The notes: a model not told the origin generated them from the letters alone. 63,426 nt of DNA from Patescibacteria group bacterium UBA4473 (GCA_002389285.1 DGOF01000029.1:1-63426); one strand, 5' to 3'. Positions 43,056 to 53,575 are shown, counted from the stretch's first letter. Program-made: numbers and translations.

Positions 43056-45614
43056 ATGGCAGAACCAAAATCCGGATTGGACGTTTTTGAAGGAAAGTTG
43101 CCTCAGGATCTTCGTGTTTGTTTTGAAGGACAGGAGGATGCACCCCAGTCATTAAGCGCAGCGGTTGCTACAATTTGTGAAGATGGGGGGGCTGAGATGG
43201 TTTCTGATATGATGGGGGTTTCGCAGGATCTTGTTTTGTGGGCTTTGGGAGCAGAAGGCGGACGCGTGCCAGAAAACGGAGAATACGAAGCTTTATTATC
43301 CGTTTTAGACTTAGAGATGGCTACGGTCACGACGACTACCGTGGATCAAGTTGATGCGCAATTAGCGGTAGCCGGGCCTGAAAAGAAAAAAAAGCGTCGA
43401 AAGAAGAGTGCGATTGCGAATCCGGACAAGCGTCCTGAATTTAAAGAATTTGATGTTGATGATCATGCAGAGGAAGCGCGTGATGCAAATACAGAAGATG
43501 ATCTCGCGGCTGATGGAACTTCTGTGAAAGCCATTGCTTCTGGGTTGGAGGTGCATGCAGATGAACTGCCGGATGAAAAAGCGCCTGAGAATGAAGAAGA
43601 GGGGCATGTGTCGATGAAAGATACTCTCGGGACGCTTGAGGAAGCAGAGGTGAGAGATGGTCCTCTTGAGGGGACGGTCCTTTTTCGAGATCCGATAGAT
43701 GGATCGGTTATAGATCTACATAAAGTATTGGCGGAATTACTGAAATATGAAGATGCGGTTGCTTTACTTGCTGAGGAGCATGGCATAACGCAAGATGATT
43801 TAGAACATTGGCAAGAGACACAGGAGTTACCGCCTCTCAGAGCAATAGAGGCCTTGGCCCATTTAGGAGAATCTGATTTTTATCTTTCTTTGGATGTGGG
43901 GGCTCGAAAGGTTCCCGAGCCAGAGATGGTTCAGATGGATCGTTGTTATGTTTTGAAAACGGAAGCCTACGGTGTTATTCCGGTATCGGCGTTAGCAGAT
44001 ATTTGTTTGAGGGGGGATGTGTCTCTGACGGGAAAGAATGGAAGACTGGTTTCTGCACAAACTATTTTAGAGGGTTGTCCGCAGGTGCGTCATTTGACGC
44101 CGAATAGTATGGCTTGTTTTACACAGGGACAGAGGGCCCTTCTGGAGCAGCATGTAGGATCTTTTCTTCAGGTATTGGGCTATGGTCTTTCTGATTTGGT
44201 AGAACAGCAGGCGGATCGATCTTCGGTGGTGGGAAAACAAAATTTATCGCTCTGGGAAGGTCTTTCCAATGGAGTTCGTCTTAAAAATGACGCGTTATTA
44301 GTTCCACGAGGATTGGAGCCTCAACAAGTAACGGATTATATTCTTCGAGGGATGCTTTCTCCGCAAGTGGCGTCTGCCTTCCGTGGAGAGCATGCAAAAG
44401 ATCGTCAGTCTATTCATCAGCTGACTCATATTTTGAATGGCTTATTTCCAGATGATGAGGCGTTAGTCTCGGGCGAAGCGATCGATGCGGTGAAGGAATC
44501 TGTTGGAGCGTATACAAAAGCAGAAAAAGGGATTGTGGCTGATATTTTAAAAAGTATCTTTGGGGTGTCTCTCGCAGAGGATAGTCCGGAGGTGGCTACA
44601 GAAAAAATTGAACATGTAAAATCTCAGTACCGAGTTACGTGGGTACAACTTGGGCGCATGATGAAGATGATTGTTGATGGCCTGAAAGATGGATCTTTGA
44701 AAAAACCACGAGGGTTGGATCTTGAAGCCTTGAAAGAAAGAACCGATGTTTCTTATGGGGGGCACATGCGTCGTTTGCTGCACTTTGTGCAGGGGAAATC
44801 CTCGCAGGTAACCGGTGAAGATGGGGGAGAAGACCGTTTGCCAGCGCGTCCGCATTTACCATCTATTTGGGATCAGATCGGTCAAGAAGATACGCCGCTT
44901 CGAGGTGCTATGGGAACCGGTGACATGCCGTATGCTCCAAAAGTTTTCGAAGGGACGGGTGATACCACTCCTGTAAATGTATTAAAGAGAGATAAGGGGC
45001 AAAAACTTTCGCTCCAAGATGCTTTGGCGGAATTGGTGCGAGTGCATCAGCGAGAGTGTAATGCAAAGGCACAAGATAGATCTTCATCGGTCAAAAGTAC
45101 GGCCCATGAATACGGGGCTCCGGTGAATATTACGTTTGCTCCTGGAATAGGTCTTTCCCGAGATATTCATAAAGCGATTGATTTATCAGAATTTGAAGCG
45201 ATTATGGCGGGAGCAGATCCAGAGTTTCAACCTGATAGTGGGCAGGTTCGTGAGGTAGACGGCGGTTTTCTGATTCGATTGTTTGATAATCGAGATACGA
45301 TGTCTTTGACGTTGCCGGTGAGTCGTTTGTATCTTTTAGCTGACAGCGCTTTGGGGGATGCGGTGTACGGTAAAATTGATGATTGGATGCATAAACTTAC
45401 GAAAGTGAAAAAAATGCTCTCCTATTCAGAGGGAAGATCTGGAAAACGTAAAAAGCAAAGTGTTTCTGTGATGGAAAATACAGGCGGTATTTTGCATGAA
45501 GCGTCACAGTCTTTCAGAACGCGGGTAGCGGAATTTGTGGTGAGTCACACGAAATCCGGAGAGCCTTCTTTTAAACAAGCTCGATGGAAGGAACCGACAT
45601 ATTCGGTTATTTAG
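43056..45614 (+). CDS. Hypothetical protein (852 aa, soluble, acidic N-terminal part, no recognised domain)
   Basis: Long uninterrupted ORF with no competing ORF. Confidence 0.7.
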   Translation: MAEPKSGLDVFEGKLPQDLRVCFEGQEDAPQSLSAAVATICEDGGAEMVSDMMGVSQDLVLWALGAEGGRVPENGEYEALLSVLDLEMATVTTTTVDQVDAQLAVAGPEKKKKRRKKSAIANPDKRPEFKEFDVDDHAEEARDANTEDDLAADGTSVKAIASGLEVHADELPDEKAPENEEEGHVSMKDTLGTLEEAEVRDGPLEGTVLFRDPIDGSVIDLHKVLAELLKYEDAVALLAEEHGITQDDLEHWQETQELPPLRAIEALAHLGESDFYLSLDVGARKVPEPEMVQMDRCYVLKTEAYGVIPVSALADICLRGDVSLTGKNGRLVSAQTILEGCPQVRHLTPNSMACFTQGQRALLEQHVGSFLQVLGYGLSDLVEQQADRSSVVGKQNLSLWEGLSNGVRLKNDALLVPRGLEPQQVTDYILRGMLSPQVASAFRGEHAKDRQSIHQLTHILNGLFPDDEALVSGEAIDAVKESVGAYTKAEKGIVADILKSIFGVSLAEDSPEVATEKIEHVKSQYRVTWVQLGRMMKMIVDGLKDGSLKKPRGLDLEALKERTDVSYGGHMRRLLHFVQGKSSQVTGEDGGEDRLPARPHLPSIWDQIGQEDTPLRGAMGTGDMPYAPKVFEGTGDTTPVNVLKRDKGQKLSLQDALAELVRVHQRECNAKAQDRSSSVKSTAHEYGAPVNITFAPGIGLSRDIHKAIDLSEFEAIMAGADPEFQPDSGQVREVDGGFLIRLFDNRDTMSLTLPVSRLYLLADSALGDAVYGKIDDWMHKLTKVKKMLSYSEGRSGKRKKQSVSVMENTGGILHEASQSFRTRVAEFVVSHTKSGEPSFKQARWKEPTYSVI

Positions 45615-45669
45615 TCTTTCTTGGATATCGCCTGATTTACTTATTTCCTTTGTTTCTTACAATGGAAGC

Positions 45670-47148
45670 ATGTCTTTTCCCCCTCAGGAAATAATTGCGG
45701 GCGTGTTGATCGTTTTAGGAATCCGAACGATATTTTGGTGGATTCAACGATGGCAACTGCAAGAGTATCGCGTTGATCGTCTGAAGGCGTGGCTTCACAC
45801 CGGAGATGGGGTGAAGAGTATCTTTAATCTTTGGTTTTATCCGGGGATTTTACCGAGACCTAAGTTTTCGATTCGTGTGGGGTTGATGGTTTTGATTTTT
45901 TTAGTGTGGACGCTTGTGCTCTGGTGGATTGTTCCGGATTGGGATTTTCTTTGGGTGACGGTGCTCTGGGAGCGTACAATCTGGTTGGGGGTTTGGGTGT
46001 CGGTATTGATTTCTCGTATTCCGGTTCAGTGGGTTCAGAAATGTCTGTTCGCCCAGTCAAAGATGATTATTACGGATTCTCCGATCATGCGGGTCGGGAT
46101 TACTGGAAGCTTTGGGAAATCATCGACGAAAGCGATCTTGGTGCATTTATTGTCGATGAAATACGGAATTGATAGTGTATTGAGTTCTTTGAAGAATGAA
46201 AATACAGAAGTGTCGCTGGCCAGACGAGTAGTACACAATAAAGAATTTTTCAAAGTGGGGGGAGTGACCCTGACGAATAATAAGTTTTTTGTGGCGGAGA
46301 TGGGGGCTTATCGTCGTGGGGAATTGGAACAGGTTTGTCAGTTTTTACAGCCACAGATTGGTATTGTGACGGGTATTAATGCACAGCATGTAGAGCTTTT
46401 TGGTTCTTCAGAAAAGCTTTTAGCAGCCAAAGGGGAGCTTCCGAAGGCTTGTACAGAAAAAGTTTTCTATCCAGCGGAAGATCCGGAGCTTAAGCATTGG
46501 TTTAATATTAATTCAATGCAGGCCACGGTTATTCCTATTTCAAGCCTTCCGGTGAAGGTGACGCATATTGATCATCAGAAAACAGAATTTACGTATGGAG
46601 GCCAGGACTTTACGTTGCCTTGGTGTGGGGCCTTTTTTGTTCGCAATGCGCTTTTGGCGCTGGAAACCGCGAAAACACTGGGGGTTTCATTCGAAGAATC
46701 GGCGATTTATCTATCGGTTTTGCCGCCTCTCAAACAAGCTTTGCATACGCATCATCATGCCTCGGGGGCGCTTATTTTTGAAGATTTGTATTCGGCCAAT
46801 CCCGATGGAGTTTTCTCGGCGATTGAGCAGTTGGCTATGGTGACGGGACGTAAGATTTTTGTGGGGATTCCTCTTCGCGAGCTGGGGGATCGTGCTTATG
46901 CTGTGCATCAGCGTATTTTTAAGCGTTTGGACGAAATAGATGCAGAAGTTTTTTGGTTGAAGAGTGATTTTTCTGATCTCGGGAAAGAAATCTGTGGAGA
47001 TCGTTTTTGGGGATCCAATCAAAACGTGTTGAAAAAACTTTTGAATACGCTTGAAAAGAATGATGGTATTTTGCTCGAGTCAAGATTGCCCAAAGAAATT
47101 GTAGCTTTGGTAAAATCACAAACGGTTGAGCCGAAATCTGAAGAATGA
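45670..47148 (+). CDS. Mur ligase family protein (MurF-like) with an N-terminal ~120-aa multi-TM extension
   Basis: 492 aa. Hydrophobic N-terminus, then VGITGSFGKSSTKAIL (P-loop), EMGAYRRGEL and IGIVTGINAQHVELFGS. Confidence 0.75.
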   Translation: MSFPPQEIIAGVLIVLGIRTIFWWIQRWQLQEYRVDRLKAWLHTGDGVKSIFNLWFYPGILPRPKFSIRVGLMVLIFLVWTLVLWWIVPDWDFLWVTVLWERTIWLGVWVSVLISRIPVQWVQKCLFAQSKMIITDSPIMRVGITGSFGKSSTKAILVHLLSMKYGIDSVLSSLKNENTEVSLARRVVHNKEFFKVGGVTLTNNKFFVAEMGAYRRGELEQVCQFLQPQIGIVTGINAQHVELFGSSEKLLAAKGELPKACTEKVFYPAEDPELKHWFNINSMQATVIPISSLPVKVTHIDHQKTEFTYGGQDFTLPWCGAFFVRNALLALETAKTLGVSFEESAIYLSVLPPLKQALHTHHHASGALIFEDLYSANPDGVFSAIEQLAMVTGRKIFVGIPLRELGDRAYAVHQRIFKRLDEIDAEVFWLKSDFSDLGKEICGDRFWGSNQNVLKKLLNTLEKNDGILLESRLPKEIVALVKSQTVEPKSEE

Positions 47149-47158
47149 TTTTTGAATA

Positions 47159-48301
47159 ATGTATGTTTCTAAACTCGTATCGAATCAATTATGTCCAGAC
47201 CTCTGTTTTTGGGATGGGGTTCGTGGTTTGGGGGGGTGTTTGGGGCGTCATGATCTAGATTTTTCAGATTCCTTTGGGAGTGATCATTATATTTTGTTAA
47301 ATGTGGCGCGTTCAGGATTCGGTCTTTTGATTGATGCTTGGCAGCTTCCTAAAAATAAAAAAATTGCACTTCCCGCTTTTTGCTGTTGTGTTATGGCGGC
47401 GCCTTTTTTGTCCCGAGGATATGAGATCTGCTGGATTGATACCGATGAAAATGGCTTATTTTCGAACAAAGACTTGAACACAAAAATTGATCAAGTTTCA
47501 CTGGTTTTGGTTCCGCATATTTTTGGACAAGAAGCAGATTTGGAATCTATTTATGTGCTGGCTCAAAAAAACGGTGTTAAAGTTGTGGAAGATGGGGCGC
47601 ATGGATGGAGTGAGGGTTTTGATTTTTGTGATGCGAAATTATTGAGTTTTGGACGTGAAAAATTTGTCAGTTGTGGGTCGGGCGGCGCTTTAATTATGAA
47701 AAGTAAGGAACGGAGTGTGAAAAATATAAAAAAATCTTCTGTTTTTTGGACGCTTCAATATTTGTTCTATCCAGTGATTTGGAGTTTAGCTTTGGCGTGT
47801 TGGGGGTTTGGAGGGAGGGGGATGAGTTATGTGGCGGGTAAATTAAAGCTTTTGCCTCGAGCGGTGACATCGGCTGAAAAAAGGGGACAGGAAGATGTGA
47901 AGCTTGCAAAATTAGCACGAGGCCTACAGACCGTCTTAAAGTATCAGCTGGATCATTTAGATAGTCTGGAATCTCATCGGCATAAGATGGCAGATGCGTG
48001 GGAAGATGTTTTGGGAAAACTTTTTCCTGAAAACGAAATTATTCGACCTTTGAGTAGTTTTCGTGTTATTTTAAAAACCAATCAGGCGTTGGCGCTTCGT
48101 TCTCGCGCGAAAGCCATTGGTTTTGATCTTCGTGAATGGGATGGCGTTCCTATTGCGCCCAAGGGGGTTTCGTTGGAGGCTTTTGGGTATCAACCGGGAT
48201 CTTGTCCGAATGCGGAACACTTTGCGCAGCACTATGTTACTTTTCCTACGAATCGCAGAGTTGCCCGGAAAGATATTGAAAGATTTAAAAAACTATACTA
48301 G
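47159..48301 (+). CDS. DegT/DnrJ/EryC1/StrS-family aminotransferase-like protein
   Basis: 380 aa with IALPAFCCCVMAAPF, LVPHIFGQEADL, VKVVEDGAHGW and SFGREKFVSCGSGGALI (putative PLP-Lys). Confidence 0.65.
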   Translation: MYVSKLVSNQLCPDLCFWDGVRGLGGCLGRHDLDFSDSFGSDHYILLNVARSGFGLLIDAWQLPKNKKIALPAFCCCVMAAPFLSRGYEICWIDTDENGLFSNKDLNTKIDQVSLVLVPHIFGQEADLESIYVLAQKNGVKVVEDGAHGWSEGFDFCDAKLLSFGREKFVSCGSGGALIMKSKERSVKNIKKSSVFWTLQYLFYPVIWSLALACWGFGGRGMSYVAGKLKLLPRAVTSAEKRGQEDVKLAKLARGLQTVLKYQLDHLDSLESHRHKMADAWEDVLGKLFPENEIIRPLSSFRVILKTNQALALRSRAKAIGFDLREWDGVPIAPKGVSLEAFGYQPGSCPNAEHFAQHYVTFPTNRRVARKDIERFKKLY

Positions 48302-49309
48302 ATGCATTTTGTACTCAAACCGATTAATGAGAAGACCCAAGACGATTTTTATGATGCGTTTGTTGGGGAGAAGACCTATTTACAGGGGGCAAAGTATGGT
48401 TCTGTTCGACAGGCTTTGGGGGAAAAAAATATTCGACGGGGTCTTTTTTTAGGGGACCAGTTGATTGGAATCGCGCAGTTTCAAAAAATATCCGCGCGTC
48501 GAGGTGTGTATTTGCATCTTCCCCATGGGCCACTCATTGAATCGCAGTATTTGGAGCCGGCTTTAAAATTTTTCTTAGAGGCTTATCAATCTTTTGGAAA
48601 ACAGGAAGAATGTGATTTTGTTCGAGTTTCTTCTTTGTTTGATCCCGCGCATCAGTCTGTGTTTTCGGAGGTGGGATATCGATCGGCGCCGGTGCACTTA
48701 GTAAATCCTGAAAAAACATGGGTCTTGAATCTTCAATCAGCCAAAGAGGATCTGTTGGCGCAGATGAAAAAATCAACGCGCTATGAAGTCAAAAGAATCG
48801 AGAAATGTGGCATTGAAGTATCGCAGGGGAATTCGGCGGAGCATTTAGATATTTTTTGGGCGTTGCATCTGGAGACGGTTCGGCGGCAGGGATTTGTTCC
48901 TTTTCCTCGCTCTATGACAGAAAAAGAATTGGATGTTTTTGGAGAAGACGTGCAAATTTTCTCCTCCAGCATTGATCAAAAAAATTACTCAAGTTCAATA
49001 ATTGTGTTCGACAAGAATGCGGGATATTATCATCAGGGAGCGTCTTCTTATTCAAAACTTCCCGTAGCACATGCGACTATTTGGTCGGCGATTTGTGAGG
49101 CAAAATCACGAGGCTGTTTGGAATTTAACTTTTGGGGTGTGTGTGGAGATGATGAAAAAAAGCATCCCTGGTATGGACTTTCTCGTTTTAAAAAAGGTTT
49201 TGGAGGTGAAGAACGTAATTATCTGCATGTACAGGATTTTCCGCTTCGGAAAAAGTATTGGCTTAATTGGTTTATTGAAAAGTGGCGTAAATGGAAGAAG
49301 AAGTTATAA
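48302..49309 (+). CDS. FemAB/MurM-family peptidoglycan interpeptide-bridge aminoacyltransferase
   Basis: 335 aa with FLQGAKYGSV, LPHGPL, KKSTRYEVKRIEKCG, GYYHQGASS and YGLSRFKKGFGG. Confidence 0.75.
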   Translation: MHFVLKPINEKTQDDFYDAFVGEKTYLQGAKYGSVRQALGEKNIRRGLFLGDQLIGIAQFQKISARRGVYLHLPHGPLIESQYLEPALKFFLEAYQSFGKQEECDFVRVSSLFDPAHQSVFSEVGYRSAPVHLVNPEKTWVLNLQSAKEDLLAQMKKSTRYEVKRIEKCGIEVSQGNSAEHLDIFWALHLETVRRQGFVPFPRSMTEKELDVFGEDVQIFSSSIDQKNYSSSIIVFDKNAGYYHQGASSYSKLPVAHATIWSAICEAKSRGCLEFNFWGVCGDDEKKHPWYGLSRFKKGFGGEERNYLHVQDFPLRKKYWLNWFIEKWRKWKKKL

Positions 49310-49334
49310 TGCTTTTGATTTAAAAAAAAATTAC

Positions 49335-49637
49335 ATGGCCAAAGTTGTTATTACCGATCATACCGGCACTCAAGCTGCAGCATTTGATTCTGTGGCGGAT
49401 GAATCTGTCGGATCACAGGCGCAGGATGCAGGAGCACCGATTCCTTTTTCTTGTGGAGTTGGAGCTTGTCGAACCTGTGTTTGTACCGTTAAGAAAGGGA
49501 AAGAATATCTCGATCGGGCGGCTATCGGACCGCAGCATATTGATGTGGAAGAAGATGAAATTTTGTCTTGTATTTGTGGGGTGAAGGCGGATGCCCCGGA
49601 AGGGGTAGAGATTGAACTCCTGGCTGAGAATTTATAG
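49335..49637 (+). CDS. 2Fe-2S ferredoxin-like protein
   Basis: 100 aa starting at ATG 49335. Cys pattern SCGVGACRTC ... LSC follows C-x4-C-x2-C ... C. Confidence 0.65.
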   Translation: MAKVVITDHTGTQAAAFDSVADESVGSQAQDAGAPIPFSCGVGACRTCVCTVKKGKEYLDRAAIGPQHIDVEEDEILSCICGVKADAPEGVEIELLAENL

Positions 49638-49715
49638 TTTTGACAGAAACACCTTTTTTAGTAGACTCTCGTAGATTTATTGCTCACTTGTTACTTGATA
49701 ATTGCCCTTTGAAAC

Positions 49716-49925
49716 ATGGCTCGCGCAACAAAAAAACGTCATTTCTTCGCTCTCTACTGTACTGAATGTATGGAAAAAGAGGGGAAGCGTGTAGAAAATT
49801 ATAAAATTCTTCTCAATACGCAGAATACGAATCCAAAAGAATTTACGCTCAATAAGTATTGTCCTCGTATGAGAAAGCATACGTTGCACAAAGCAAAACA
49901 GATTTCACGATCACAGAACAAGTAG
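49716..49925 (+). CDS. rpmG: 50S ribosomal protein L33
   Basis: 69 aa with ALYCTEC...NYKILLNTQNT...FTLNKYCPRMRKHTLHKAKQI, the L33 pattern. Confidence 0.8.
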   Translation: MARATKKRHFFALYCTECMEKEGKRVENYKILLNTQNTNPKEFTLNKYCPRMRKHTLHKAKQISRSQNK

Positions 49926-50015
49926 TGTGAGAATTGAGGTGAATATCGAGCATGAGAAGGAACAGCGCAGAAAAGGCGCTTGTTCTCTTTTTTGCTTTGT
50001 GCGAGAATGTTTTCG

Positions 50016-51239
50016 ATGAAAAAAATCATTTCGCAAATCGTGAGTCAGATCCAAAAATTACAATCTTTGAAAGATAATTATGAGGCGCGTCAAACTCAGA
50101 AAAAATCAGTTAAAAAACCAGTAAAAAAGGTGGTTACTACTTCCAAATCTTCTCCGCCCCAAGTTGTGACATTAGAGATTTCTTTGTTCACGATTGTGAA
50201 GGTGGTTCTGGTGGTGGCTGCATTTTTGGCGCTCAGTCGTATTTTTATAGAGCTTCAGAGTATTATTATTGTTTCGGTGGTTTGTTTTTTTATGGCGATG
50301 GGATTGTCACCTATTCTCGATGTGATTGAATCCAAGCATGTTCCTCGACCGTTAGCGATTTTGGTATTGTATATTATTTTTCTGGGGGCTGTGGGGATTC
50401 TTTTTGTAAAAGTTATTCCGATTTTAGGAGAACAGCTTTCGGCTATTGCGTCAGACCTTCGTCGGTTTCTTGATGAGGGGGCGTTAGATATTCCTATCTT
50501 GGAGCCCTTTTTGAAGAGTGTTCAGTTTAATAGTGAAGAAGTACAGATGTTTCTTTCGACGAACTTGGTTGCCATTTCTCGAAATCTTCAAAACGTTGCG
50601 GGCTCTACTTTTTCAATTCTTAGTGGTGTGTTTCAGGGTGTTTTTAATTTCATTTTTGCCTTGGTACTGCTTTTCTTTATTCTTATGGAGCGCGAGACGA
50701 TTGGACGATTCTTGTTGGCTCTTTTCCCTCGTGGAGAGAGATCTTATATTCTTGAAAAATCAGAAAGTATTCAGAGAAAGATGTCTGAATGGTTTCGTGG
50801 ACAGGTGGTCCTCATGATTTGTATGGGACTTTTTATGTACATAGGAATGAAAGGGCTTGAATGGACCTTGGGGATGAAGTATGCGGCGACGATTGGTTTG
50901 CTCTCGGCTTTTATGGAACTTTTTCCTTATATTGGTGTTTTGATAACGGGTTTTTTGGCCGGACTTATTGCGTTGAATGTTTCTTGGGTCCTTTTGTTAG
51001 CGGTTTTGATCTGGATGCTTGTCGCGCAGTTTTTGGAAGGAAACTTTTTAGTGCCCTTAATTATGGAACGTGTCGTGGGACTTTCAGCCGTGGTAACTAT
51101 TTTAGCACTCGCGATTGGTGGTATTTTGGGTTATGCCGTTGGAGGGGTTCCTCTTTCTATTTTAGCGATGATTTTTGCGATTCCTGTTGCGGCTTCTGTG
51201 GCGATCTTTGTGGAAGAGTATGCGAAGAAGAGTAAATAA
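50016..51239 (+). CDS. AI-2E family transporter (PerM/UPF0118)
   Basis: About 8 TM helices with FNFIFALVLLFFILME and FPYIGVLITG, typical of UPF0118. ATG 50016 (MKKIISQI) is preferred as the start. Confidence 0.75.
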   Translation: MKKIISQIVSQIQKLQSLKDNYEARQTQKKSVKKPVKKVVTTSKSSPPQVVTLEISLFTIVKVVLVVAAFLALSRIFIELQSIIIVSVVCFFMAMGLSPILDVIESKHVPRPLAILVLYIIFLGAVGILFVKVIPILGEQLSAIASDLRRFLDEGALDIPILEPFLKSVQFNSEEVQMFLSTNLVAISRNLQNVAGSTFSILSGVFQGVFNFIFALVLLFFILMERETIGRFLLALFPRGERSYILEKSESIQRKMSEWFRGQVVLMICMGLFMYIGMKGLEWTLGMKYAATIGLLSAFMELFPYIGVLITGFLAGLIALNVSWVLLLAVLIWMLVAQFLEGNFLVPLIMERVVGLSAVVTILALAIGGILGYAVGGVPLSILAMIFAIPVAASVAIFVEEYAKKSK

Positions 51240-52041
51240 GCGCAAAAAATATTTTGTTTTCTAAATCCGGAAAAAATTGGATTTTATAATTTTCAAATAT
51301 TTTTTTGATAGATGATTCCTGTTGGGGGAGGAATTCGAGCCAGAGTTGTTGAAAGGCTATTTTTTTTGACGTCAGTTGGTCTTTGAGACGACGAATGTGG
51401 TTCAGGCCGTCTGATCCAGAAAAGAGCGCTAAGGAGGGCTCCTTGCTTACTTCGGAACTGATGGGGAGCTTTTCGGGAACATATGGAAGGTTGGCAATGA
51501 TTAGATCATAGTGGGATTCCTGGGGACAGGTTTTTAAAAGATCTGAGTATTGAAACTTTATATTTGAAAAATTATAGGTGTTTGCATTTTTTTGGGCGGT
51601 TTTGAGAGCTTTGTGGGAAATATCGAAGGCGGTGATTTTTGATGCCGGAAAATGTTTCGCCATAAAAAGGCTGATACAGCCGGAACCTGTTCCGATATCG
51701 AGAATGGATGTGGGGGAGGGCTGCGTGTCTAGGATGTGATGACAGAGAATTTCGGTTTCATCGCGTGGGATGAGGACGTGTTTGTTTACTTTAAGATCAA
51801 AATCTGACCAGGCTTTGTGGCCGGTGATATATGCAACGGGGATGTGAAAACGGCGTTGCACCAGAACATATAAAAATTTTAGTGTGTTTAAATCATTTAT
51901 TTTATGCGCGGGATTTGTCTTTATAAAAAATCTGTCCCGCTCTAAAGCATAACAAAGTAAAATTTCGGCTTCGAGGGCGGGTTGATCCAGATTCGATAAA
52001 AAACGCCTCGCATACCGGAGGGCTGTTTTTATACGAAGCAT
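51157..52041 (-). CDS. prmC: Release factor glutamine methyltransferase
   Basis: 294 aa with ILDIGTGSGCISL (SAM motif I) and LIIANLPYVP (NPPY-type motif). Its C-terminal ~25 aa run antisense into the 3' end of the transporter gene. Confidence 0.85.
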   Translation of the reverse strand: MLRIKTALRYARRFLSNLDQPALEAEILLCYALERDRFFIKTNPAHKINDLNTLKFLYVLVQRRFHIPVAYITGHKAWSDFDLKVNKHVLIPRDETEILCHHILDTQPSPTSILDIGTGSGCISLFMAKHFPASKITAFDISHKALKTAQKNANTYNFSNIKFQYSDLLKTCPQESHYDLIIANLPYVPEKLPISSEVSKEPSLALFSGSDGLNHIRRLKDQLTSKKIAFQQLWLEFLPQQESSIKKIFENYKIQFFPDLENKIFFALIYSSSHTLPQRSPQKPQQESQKSSLK

Positions 52042-52046
52042 CTGTT

Positions 52047-52259
52047 TTAGTTGCTCAAGAACTGTTTTCGTTTGTTTTCAGCTCGGTGCTTTTCTCTCAT
52101 AATAGCTGATTCACGAATCGTTCGTTTTCGAGGAGACTGTTTATTGAAACGCAGTGCTCGAAATTTTTGCATTAAACGCAAAGATTTAATATGTCCCGAG
52201 AAACGTTTTAAAAGTTTCTCAGAAGATTCGCCGTCTCTTTTTTGTACTTGTACTGTCAT
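52047..52259 (-). CDS. rpsU: 30S ribosomal protein S21
   Basis: MTVQVQKRDGESSEKLLKRFSGHIKS...KQSPRKRTIRESAIMREKH. The start is set at ATG 52259. Confidence 0.85.
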   Translation of the reverse strand: MTVQVQKRDGESSEKLLKRFSGHIKSLRLMQKFRALRFNKQSPRKRTIRESAIMREKHRAENKRKQFLSN

Positions 52260-52303
52260 GGTCGGGAGTAATATTACGAAATGCTCAAGGATTGTCAACT
52301 TTT

Positions 52304-53533
52304 TTATGGGTCAAATCGAATCGGCGTGAGTAATCTATTCTTAACACGGATCGGAGCACTTCGGAAGCCCGTTGATCGATCGATGCTGTCACTTTTGAAG
52401 GTGCTGATCATAGAGGCATCGGCATTAATAATAGAAATAGTTCCGTTACCAGGCTTTGAATAGAAGCTGTCTTCTTTTTCTGGGCGAAGGTAGGTTCGGA
52501 AGCTTTTGGTCGATCCTGAGAGGATGGTTATCTTCATGCCTCCAAAGACAATTTCTCCATTGCGATTCAGGCGCCCTTCGAGGACTTGATTTTCGGTTTC
52601 GAGTTTGAGGTGAAAGTTTGATTCGGGGCCAACACTGCTGTTTTCAAATCGTAGTTCGAGTTCTACCGAATGAAATTCAACGCGGTCATCCGTTGTGTTT
52701 TTTATTTTAGTGAGACCAATGTACTTCCATTCATCAGATCTTGTAATGGTTACGGGCTCTGGTTTGGGTTCGGCAAAAATCGTTAATTCTTTTTTTTCAA
52801 CTTCATAGCCTTGTTGATTGGGGTTGAAGTCGCGAGGCTTGATGGCTGTCCGGCGAGAACTCACTCGTCGGCTGCTAGAGAAGTTATTTGAGGCAGAGGT
52901 TCCCGTGAGGCGTGGTTTTTTCAAAATTTCAGCCATGAGCCAGGCGGCTTCGGCACGGGTGACGGATTCGTCGGGGTGAAAGGTTCGGGATCGTCGTCGA
53001 ATTAACTCATTGGCCTGTAGGTGTCGGACGGGTTTTGCGAACCAGGCTTTTGCGGGGACATCGAGAAAAGAAACTTCTTGTTCTCGCTCGAGTTCAAAGG
53101 CTCGGGATACGAGTGTGGCCCATTCGGCATTATTGAGAATCTTATCTGGTCGAAATGTTCCATTGGGGAAGCCTTTAATCCATCCTTTGTTGGTGCCTTC
53201 GATGACGGCGTTTGCAAACCAGGCTTCGCGAGGAACGTCTTTGAAAGGGGAGCGTCCGACGGTGTTCTTGATGTCGACATTCTTGGTGCGCAGGAGAATC
53301 GTAAGTGCTTCAGCACGGTTGAGTTCTTTGTCTGGACGAAATGTTCCGTCGCCAAACCCCGTCATTATTTTTTGTGTTTGGACTTTATCAATAGCTGGCT
53401 CTGCCCAGGTAGGAATACTTAAAAAATCTGTAAATCGAGCCTGTGTACTCGAGATACTGAAGAGACAAATCAAAACACTGAAGCCTAATTTTTTTGTATG
53501 TTTCATTTTTAAATAGATAGATCTATTGTACAA
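52304..53533 (-). CDS. S-layer homology (SLH) domain protein
   Basis: 409 aa with a signal peptide and then three SLH repeats: FTDFLSIPTWAEPAI...FGDGTFRPDKELNRAEA, FKDVPREAWFANAV...FPNGTFRPDKILNNAEW and FLDVPAKAWFAKPV...FHPDESVTRAEA. Confidence 0.85.
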   Translation of the reverse strand: MYNRSIYLKMKHTKKLGFSVLICLFSISSTQARFTDFLSIPTWAEPAIDKVQTQKIMTGFGDGTFRPDKELNRAEALTILLRTKNVDIKNTVGRSPFKDVPREAWFANAVIEGTNKGWIKGFPNGTFRPDKILNNAEWATLVSRAFELEREQEVSFLDVPAKAWFAKPVRHLQANELIRRRSRTFHPDESVTRAEAAWLMAEILKKPRLTGTSASNNFSSSRRVSSRRTAIKPRDFNPNQQGYEVEKKELTIFAEPKPEPVTITRSDEWKYIGLTKIKNTTDDRVEFHSVELELRFENSSVGPESNFHLKLETENQVLEGRLNRNGEIVFGGMKITILSGSTKSFRTYLRPEKEDSFYSKPGNGTISIINADASMISTFKSDSIDRSTGFRSAPIRVKNRLLTPIRFDP

Positions 53534-53575
53534 AAAATATAACGAAGTACCAAGTGATTCCGGGACAAAAAAAAG

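Noticed and set aside
51157-51239. 83-nt convergent overlap of prmC and the AI-2E transporter gene as a possible antisense regulatory feature
   Set aside because: The PrmC family similarity ends before the overlap. The extra ~25 residues look like simple read-through to the next available stop, and nothing else supports a function.
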